Below are positions 45,433-54,319 of a stretch of 54,319 nucleotides of DNA, piece after piece. The stretch covers positions 1 to 54,319 of the forward strand of contig CAVEGR010000079.1 of assembly GCA_963615565.1 (NCBI GenBank), read 5' to 3'. The notes beneath the pieces were generated by a model that saw only the letters and a list, made by a program, of their open reading frames with translations, made no database searches and was not told the origin of the DNA. Numbering within the stretch: position 1 is the stretch's first letter; the number at the start of each line of letters is the position of its first letter. The translations under genes were made by a program, and so were the position numbers. The DNA comes from Phocaeicola massiliensis. Lineage in GTDB: Bacteria > Spirochaetota > Spirochaetia > Sphaerochaetales > Sphaerochaetaceae.

Positions 45433-46725
45433 GCCCGAGATAACGATGTTGTTGACGGCAACATATGGCATCACCATACTTCCATCAGCGACTGTTTCCT
45501 TTGAAATAGCCTTTATGTTCTGAAGCATAACGCCAAGGTTGCCGTTAATCATTGTTTCGCTGACAGCACCTTTGATTTTGCCATCTTCAATTAGATAACT
45601 ATTCTTTGCAACACCAGAGAACTCGCCATTTGTTCCTGGTTGACCACCTGAGAAACCACCAACCAAAAGTCCATGATCAATGGACTTGAGAATATCGGCA
45701 TATGGGATGGTGCCATTGGCCATGACAAAGTCGCTACTGGTGTTCTTTAAGACAGGACGACCTGTTTTGTTGGCAATGTAGAGATTAAGAATGAAGTTCT
45801 CCAATACGCCGTCTTTGATGATGTAGACATCTTGGGTTTTGAAGCCATCTGATGTATATTTTTCACCGCCAATGATGCGAGGATCAGAAGATGTGAGAGA
45901 AATTGAAATGCTCTTATCTGCAATCTGTTGGCCTATCTTATCAATCCAAAGGCTTGTACCATCAAGAATTACGGAGCCGGATGCATAGTTTCCAAGAGTG
46001 TCCATCAAGAACTGTGCAAAGCAGTCTGGAGTGAAAAGAACTGTGCCTTCAAACTTGCCGCTAAATGGAATTTGATTGAGCTGGTTTGTGGCATTTTCAA
46101 GGTGCTGTTTAAAGCTTGAAAGCTCAATAAAAGGAGTATTAAGGTTGTCTGTAGTAACATCTGCATAATCAAGACTGGTAGATTTTTCACCATCGTTGCC
46201 AGAGAACTCCAAAGTGACTGAATAAAAACCATCATACTTTTCAAAATCTGTGCCGTTTGAATTGAGGTAAAGACTGTGTTTTTTTGTATGAGAAGCATAA
46301 ACGTTGAGTATTTTTACCTTTGGATATTGGGCATTAACATCTGAAAGAAGCTCTTCTATGCGAGAGAAAAACTTATCAATGTCTGGCTCGTAGCATCCAG
46401 CGTGGAAGATTTCCTTTGGTTGCTGTGGTGCAATGTCATATGCTGGATCTGCAATAGCAGATTGAGCAGAAAGAACTGCGTCATTGACTGTAGACTTTAG
46501 AGCTTCATCTGAAAAATCGTTTCCAGCTTTGGTGCCTTTTTTGTTATCTTTGTAAACATCTACAGTAATGTTGTTTCCAAACACTGTTCTATAGAGAGTA
46601 AAAACTCCAAGATCCGCATTAAATTCACGAGTTTCGCTTTCTGAGAGAGCAAAATCGTACTTATCTACGTTTGCAGATTTGAGAAGATTCTCAACATATG
46701 TTGCTGTTGTTCTAATATCTTTCAT
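45427..46725 (-). CDS. pmbA: PmbA/TldE family metalloprotease subunit
   Basis: TldD/PmbA family fold, judged from its similarity to the adjacent tldD-type gene and a length of ~430 aa. ATG 46725 (MKDIRTT..) is preceded by AAGGAGGAG; the track start 46752 overlaps tldD. Confidence 0.82.
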   Translation of the reverse strand: MKDIRTTATYVENLLKSANVDKYDFALSESETREFNADLGVFTLYRTVFGNNITVDVYKDNKKGTKAGNDFSDEALKSTVNDAVLSAQSAIADPAYDIAPQQPKEIFHAGCYEPDIDKFFSRIEELLSDVNAQYPKVKILNVYASHTKKHSLYLNSNGTDFEKYDGFYSVTLEFSGNDGEKSTSLDYADVTTDNLNTPFIELSSFKQHLENATNQLNQIPFSGKFEGTVLFTPDCFAQFLMDTLGNYASGSVILDGTSLWIDKIGQQIADKSISISLTSSDPRIIGGEKYTSDGFKTQDVYIIKDGVLENFILNLYIANKTGRPVLKNTSSDFVMANGTIPYADILKSIDHGLLVGGFSGGQPGTNGEFSGVAKNSYLIEDGKIKGAVSETMINGNLGVMLQNIKAISKETVADGSMVMPYVAVNNIVISGK

Positions 46726-46738
46726 ATTGCTCTCCTCC

Positions 46739-48124
46739 TTATCTTCCACCAATCATGATCTTGCATCTAAGTTCTGGACCACCCATGCCAACTGGCATTC
46801 TCTGCTTTTTGCCGCAGAATCCACTTGAAGACCATGTGATGTTATTAGAGACCATATCAACAGTTTTAAGCATGTCAAATGCAATTCCTGTAACTGTAGT
46901 ATCCAAGATAGCCTTTCCAAGTTTTCCGTTTTTGATTTCATAACCCATGTTAATGCCAAACATAAATTCACCAGTGAGGTCTGCTTGGCCGTTACCGGTA
47001 GAAATTAGATAGTAACCATCATCAACAGATGCAATGATATCTTCTAGCTTATCTTTGCCAGGAAGAACAGTTGTGTTTCTCATTCTGATTAAAGGCTCAT
47101 CACTGAATGCCCACGCTCTTGCATTTCCTTGGGGGATTACACCAAAGTGGTCTGCAGTTTCTCTGTTGTTCATATAACCTTTAAGAATTCCATTTTCAAT
47201 AAGAACAGCATCTTCTGCTTTGGTTCCTTCATCATCCATGTAAACAGGAAGTGGTGCTTGTCCGCCAAGGGCTGTATGTGCAAAGTCAACCATTGTTACA
47301 AGGTCAGATGCAACTCTTTGATTAAGAGTCTTACTTGCAATTGAACCGCCCAAAACAAGGTCTGCTTCTACTGTATGTCCTACTGCTTCATGAGCTAGCA
47401 TACCTGCAAGTTCTGCTCCCAAAACTACTGTTTTATAGCCTGCTTTGGCATAAACACCTTCTTTTTTGTCCATAAGATGCTTATATAGGGTATCAATTCC
47501 TGGTTGCATCCATTTTGTATCTGAGAAGTAATCTTCAAAACTTCCATAACCGCCAAAGGCTTTAAAGAGCTCAATTGGAACTCCGTCTTTTGTCACTGAA
47601 TCAAGAACTACATAGATGTAACAACGTGGGTTTGTAACATGGCCATCATGGGCATCTGAAGTATAGATTACTTTATCCATTGAATCTTCTGAGTAGCTAA
47701 TTGTTCTGCTAGTGAGATCTGGATATGTCTTAGCTACATAGTCATCTACCTGTTTACATGCTTCAATTATTCTCTTTTGTTCAAAATCAAGAATCTCTTT
47801 GCCTGTTGGGATAATACCTTGGCCATACACCTTTGCCATTGGCATTGATTTTGGGGCATGTGTATTCAAAAAGAGTGCATTTTCTGTTGCTGCTGCAAGG
47901 ACTGCATCTGCAGCTTCACTGGAGTAATCTGCCATAGAAGAGAATCCATAAACTCCATTTTTACACACACGTGCATTGATTCCTCTGGATTCTGCTCTAA
48001 TGTTTCTTACTAGATTTCCTTGCAAAAAAGTGACTGCTCTGGCCCTATTTTCCTGTCCTCTTAGGACAGTTTGAACGCCATCTGCAAACAGAGCTTTTTT
48101 GCTTTTTAAGATATCGTTAAGCAT
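46739..48124 (-). CDS. tldD: TldD family metalloprotease
   Basis: Zinc motif HEAVGHTVEAD; 461 aa. TAGGAGG lies upstream. Confidence 0.9.
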   Translation of the reverse strand: MLNDILKSKKALFADGVQTVLRGQENRARAVTFLQGNLVRNIRAESRGINARVCKNGVYGFSSMADYSSEAADAVLAAATENALFLNTHAPKSMPMAKVYGQGIIPTGKEILDFEQKRIIEACKQVDDYVAKTYPDLTSRTISYSEDSMDKVIYTSDAHDGHVTNPRCYIYVVLDSVTKDGVPIELFKAFGGYGSFEDYFSDTKWMQPGIDTLYKHLMDKKEGVYAKAGYKTVVLGAELAGMLAHEAVGHTVEADLVLGGSIASKTLNQRVASDLVTMVDFAHTALGGQAPLPVYMDDEGTKAEDAVLIENGILKGYMNNRETADHFGVIPQGNARAWAFSDEPLIRMRNTTVLPGKDKLEDIIASVDDGYYLISTGNGQADLTGEFMFGINMGYEIKNGKLGKAILDTTVTGIAFDMLKTVDMVSNNITWSSSGFCGKKQRMPVGMGGPELRCKIMIGGR

Positions 48125-48231
48125 TGTTGCCTCCTATTAAAGGTTGTGCAAAAACCTCTAATGGATAATATACCTACATAGTGTATCTCTTGACAAGCTA
48201 ACATGATTTTGTTTAGCATAGCCTACGATTT

Positions 48232-48305
48232 GGGGCTGTAGCTCACCTGGCTAGAGCGATTGAATGGCATTCAATAGGTAGTCGGTTCGATCCCGATCAG
48301 CTCCA
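48232..48305 (+). tRNA. tRNA-Ala (anticodon GGC)
   Basis: Hand-folded cloverleaf of 74 nt with no encoded CCA. Arms: acceptor GGGGCTG/CAGCTCC including the G3:U70 Ala identity pair; D arm GCTC/GAGC; anticodon stem ATTGA/TCAAT with loop AT-GGC-AT; T arm GTCGG-TTCGATC-CCGAT. Confidence 0.93.
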
Positions 48306-48312
48306 ATCTTTT

Positions 48313-49209
48313 TTATTTTCTACTGAGTCTTTGCTTTAAGTATTCCCACCAACGCTTGAGTTTCCATTTCTCGTTCGTTCTTTTCATCTCTTTTGCGGCA
48401 ACATCTTCAGAGACATGAGAGTCTTTTCTCTTCATTTCATCCCACATACGGACAAGCCACATGTAAATATCGGCCTCCGTGCATCCCGGGAAAAGAGATT
48501 GCAAGTGCTCATGGTCCACGGCCTCCACAATTGGGGTGTAGACGTTCTTGTACCAGCTGATGGCACCTTCCTCAAAAGTGAGTTCGTGGTCCAGATGCTC
48601 GTTGGCGTAGTATTTATGCACGAGAATGTGGTTGACCATCTCAGGGTACGAACCCGGGGAAGTAAAAACAATCTTGTCCATGGGAAGATAGGTTGGATTG
48701 TATTGCTCCATGAATCTTGAGCGCTCGTAGGCAACCACACGCTTTTTGAGCTCGTTAAGCGTCATTCCCGGCTCAAGCGGAATCTTGGAAGAAAGCTCCA
48801 CCACCTCCGCATCAATAAATTCCTGGCCCTTACTTCGTGCCACGGACACTCTGTGATTTCCATCGCGCACAAAGTACCAATCTCCCAATTTATATACCGA
48901 TATTGGTGGCAATATCACATCATTCATGTGTGCTTCGTCTATACTTTCCCAACGATGTTGAAGGATGTGAGATTTAGGATAAAACGCAGAAGAGAAATCT
49001 TGGTATCGGTTTTCTGAGCCTATGATATTTTTGACAGGAATTGTTTGCATTCCCTTGTAAGATTGCGAATCAGGCTTAATGAGTTTTGTGACTTCGTAAA
49101 ACGATAATAGATTTGGATTTTTCCATCTAAATGTGGCAAGCACTTTCTGAATCTTAGCCCTACGGCAAGCTGCATCAAAATCCCCTGAAATTGTCAACTT
49201 GTCTGTCAT
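48313..49209 (-). CDS. ParB/Srx-fold N-terminal domain protein with an uncharacterised C-terminal domain
   Basis: Motif YFVRDGNHRVSVARSKG (ParB-like DGxHR). ATG 49209 is preceded by GGGAGGG and overlaps the upstream stop in an ATGA arrangement. Confidence 0.65.
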   Translation of the reverse strand: MTDKLTISGDFDAACRRAKIQKVLATFRWKNPNLLSFYEVTKLIKPDSQSYKGMQTIPVKNIIGSENRYQDFSSAFYPKSHILQHRWESIDEAHMNDVILPPISVYKLGDWYFVRDGNHRVSVARSKGQEFIDAEVVELSSKIPLEPGMTLNELKKRVVAYERSRFMEQYNPTYLPMDKIVFTSPGSYPEMVNHILVHKYYANEHLDHELTFEEGAISWYKNVYTPIVEAVDHEHLQSLFPGCTEADIYMWLVRMWDEMKRKDSHVSEDVAAKEMKRTNEKWKLKRWWEYLKQRLSRK

Positions 49210-49910
49210 TTGTGCCCTCCCTGGCAACCTAGAGTTTTATCGTCAATAAGACGAGCTCCGTAAACGTTAATAATTTTTGTATTCCCTCTAATATTTTCAC
49301 GTGGTGCATTTCTATCGTCTAGATGAACGTGTCCATGAAGAAGATATTTTGGCTGATACTTATCTATAAATGACAAGAAACATTTAAAGCCTCTGTGACA
49401 AAGGTCTGGGCCATCTCCAATTCCAAATGGCGGTGCATGGGTAATAAGAATATCTAAGTATCTACCATATTTACGTTTATTATACATAAGCTGTGGTACA
49501 AGTTTCCACATTCTGTACTTCATTTGGCGTTCTGTATACTGGCTATTGCCACCATTGTAATTCATGCATCCGCCAAGACCTGCAATTAATAAGCCAGTCT
49601 TCTTATCTCTGTAACACTTGCCGTCAATCATAAAGCCATAGAATTTTTGGTATCCAAAGCTATGTTCATTGCCCTTAATAGGGCTTCTAAAGAAAGCATC
49701 GTTTTTATGTAATGCAATATTAAAATCTTTTAGATTATGATTGCCGTAAACGTAACAAAGGTCTCTATTCAGCATTGTACTTACATAATCATAGGACTCT
49801 AGAGGCATATCTCCACAAGAAAGGATAAGATCTACATCTTTATAGATGTCTTTTACATTAGAGGAAAACGCTAGTGTTCTTGTTGTGTCAGAAATGCAAA
49901 GTATCCTCAT
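49206..49910 (-). CDS. Metallophosphoesterase (calcineurin-like)
   Basis: Motifs ISD.., CGDMP, YGNHN and LHGHVH, in the canonical order. Confidence 0.8.
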   Translation of the reverse strand: MRILCISDTTRTLAFSSNVKDIYKDVDLILSCGDMPLESYDYVSTMLNRDLCYVYGNHNLKDFNIALHKNDAFFRSPIKGNEHSFGYQKFYGFMIDGKCYRDKKTGLLIAGLGGCMNYNGGNSQYTERQMKYRMWKLVPQLMYNKRKYGRYLDILITHAPPFGIGDGPDLCHRGFKCFLSFIDKYQPKYLLHGHVHLDDRNAPRENIRGNTKIINVYGARLIDDKTLGCQGGHK

Positions 49911-50053
49911 GATGGCCTCTTTTTGGGGTTTTGACCCCTTCTACAGAAAAAATTATATAAAAGAATGCTGTTTTTTCAATAGACAGAAGTTTAAAGAGAA
50001 TAGAAAATAGATTTGTTTAGAGGTTTTTGAAAAACCTCTTAACTGGAGGAAAC

Positions 50054-51022
50054 ATGGCTCTTGTTATAGCTTTAATTGTTGTTGGCTTATTTGTTATTGT
50101 AATGGCAGTTGGCATTACATTCTTTATAAAAATGATGTGTAGACCAAATGTTCATACCCATCAAGAAGGTATGGAAACCATGAAAGCATGTGGTTTTGAT
50201 TGTGCTGAATTTGAAAATACTCATCCGCATGAAGAATTTTCATTTAAATCCCCACGTGGATATACTTTAAAGGGTCTTATTTATAGAAATGAAAATGAGA
50301 CTGGAAATGAGGATGGACATGAGGCCGGTGATGAAGCCAAAGGGGCAAGGCAAAAAGCTGTAATCCTAGTACATGGCTATACCGGAAGTTATTCTACTAT
50401 GTACCCATATGCCAAAATGATGTATGACCTTGGCTTTAATGTCATTGTTTATGACCACAGAGGCCATGGTTACAGTGACAAGGGCAAAGACCAATTCTGT
50501 AGCATGGGTTATTTTGAATCAATGGATTTAATTGACCTCTTCTACTATATTAAACCGCGCTTTAAAGATGATTGTATTTGGGGAATATTGGGAGAATCAA
50601 TGGGTGCAGGAACTGTAATGCAGACTGCTTGGCAAATCAAAGAACTGTCCTTTGCTATTGAAGATTGTGGATATTCTTGTATGATAAAACAAGCTAAATC
50701 TATCATGAACTCAAAGCACGTTCCAGCCTTTCCAATGCTCTATCTTGGCAACCTTATTATAAAAATGCATTTTAAGTTCTCGTTATACGACATCAATGCC
50801 ATTGAGGCAATGAAAAAGACTGACATTCCAATGCTCTTTTGCCATGGAGATGCAGACACCTTTGTTCCAACTCAAATGGTTTATGAAGTTTACAATGCAA
50901 AGAAAGACAAAAAGACTCTTCAACTGTATGCCGGCTCACCTCATGCTAGAAGCTTGCTAGAACATACAGAACAATACTACCAAGTTGTTGAAGATTTTCT
51001 TAAGAAGAATGTACTCGTTTAA
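50054..51022 (+). CDS. Membrane-anchored alpha/beta hydrolase (serine hydrolase)
   Basis: N-terminal TM segment MALVIALIVVGLFVIVMAVGITFF, the HGYTGS block and the nucleophile elbow GESMG. ATG 50054 follows GGAGG; the track start 50027 is a TTG. Confidence 0.8.
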   Translation: MALVIALIVVGLFVIVMAVGITFFIKMMCRPNVHTHQEGMETMKACGFDCAEFENTHPHEEFSFKSPRGYTLKGLIYRNENETGNEDGHEAGDEAKGARQKAVILVHGYTGSYSTMYPYAKMMYDLGFNVIVYDHRGHGYSDKGKDQFCSMGYFESMDLIDLFYYIKPRFKDDCIWGILGESMGAGTVMQTAWQIKELSFAIEDCGYSCMIKQAKSIMNSKHVPAFPMLYLGNLIIKMHFKFSLYDINAIEAMKKTDIPMLFCHGDADTFVPTQMVYEVYNAKKDKKTLQLYAGSPHARSLLEHTEQYYQVVEDFLKKNVLV

Positions 51023-51140
51023 GTCTTAAACGCAATTTATACCAAATTTGCTACTTTTTTAAAAATTTAGAAGAAATTTTCTTCCAAAATTTTCAAAATA
51101 TGCCATTTTTAGAAGCTTTTGGCTCGTAGCGACAAGGACA

Positions 51141-51168
51141 GAGGATTTTGCAAACTTGCAAAATCCTC
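51141..51168. terminator. 28-bp palindrome/hairpin immediately after the lacZ stop
   Basis: GAGGATTTTGCAAACTTGCAAAATCCTC has 13-nt complementary arms. There is no clear U-tract on the - strand, so its role as a terminator is uncertain. Confidence 0.45.
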
Positions 51169-51169
51169 T

Positions 51170-54319
<3,150 letters not shown>

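Noticed and set aside
48232-49910. tRNA-Ala as the attachment site of an integrated element carrying the ParB-like and phosphoesterase genes
   Set aside because: There is no integrase or recombinase, and I found no direct repeat of the tRNA 3' end downstream. Only the compositional anomaly remains, and it is reported separately.

Overview
This is a 54.3-kb chromosomal segment that looks low in GC (about 38-40% by eye, not computed). The binding-protein signal peptides (..VFAQGAQES), mglBAC and the sugar-heavy gene content suggest a saccharolytic spirochaete such as Treponema, but this is tentative. All family calls come from motifs I recognise in the translations; I ran no searches.

I support about 45 protein genes, one tRNA-Ala(GGC), several terminators or hairpins and a few short repeats. 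I found no rRNA, CRISPR array, intact mobile element or prophage.

Gene order, left to right:
- A 3'-truncated TIR-like gene that is missing from the ORF track, next to possible IS debris
- A DUF5655-like gene, trxA and GTP-PEPCK
- A U32-family protein and a GPH symporter
- serC, a MATE transporter and a GNAT
- A cell-wall sugar recycling operon: CUT1 ABC importer, anmK, DUF1343/namZ, nagZ
- mglBAC
- A NifU-like plus GGGtGRT pair, and a Dabb protein
- A large fucose locus
- azlCD, pmbA/tldD and tRNA-Ala
- A ParB/Srx-like gene coupled to a metallophosphoesterase
- An alpha/beta hydrolase and GH2 lacZ

The most interesting item is the fucose locus (26068-44137). Here fucI heads a co-directional gene string encoding E2, E3, a fused E1 alpha-beta, a PHP hydrolase, an SDR, a SorE-like Zn-dehydrogenase and a RhaB-like kinase. 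The window contains no FucA/RhaD aldolase and no lactaldehyde enzymes. fucU, a CUT2 ABC importer and a LacI regulator sit divergently and share 14-bp operator palindromes with it. I propose, as inference only, an aldolase-independent route for 6-deoxyhexoses that yields acetyl-CoA.

Secondary leads:
- The orphan TIR-like gene
- A recurrent GAGG-TTTTGCAAAA intergenic motif
- A GC-rich patch inside the ParB-like gene
- Several small repeat structures
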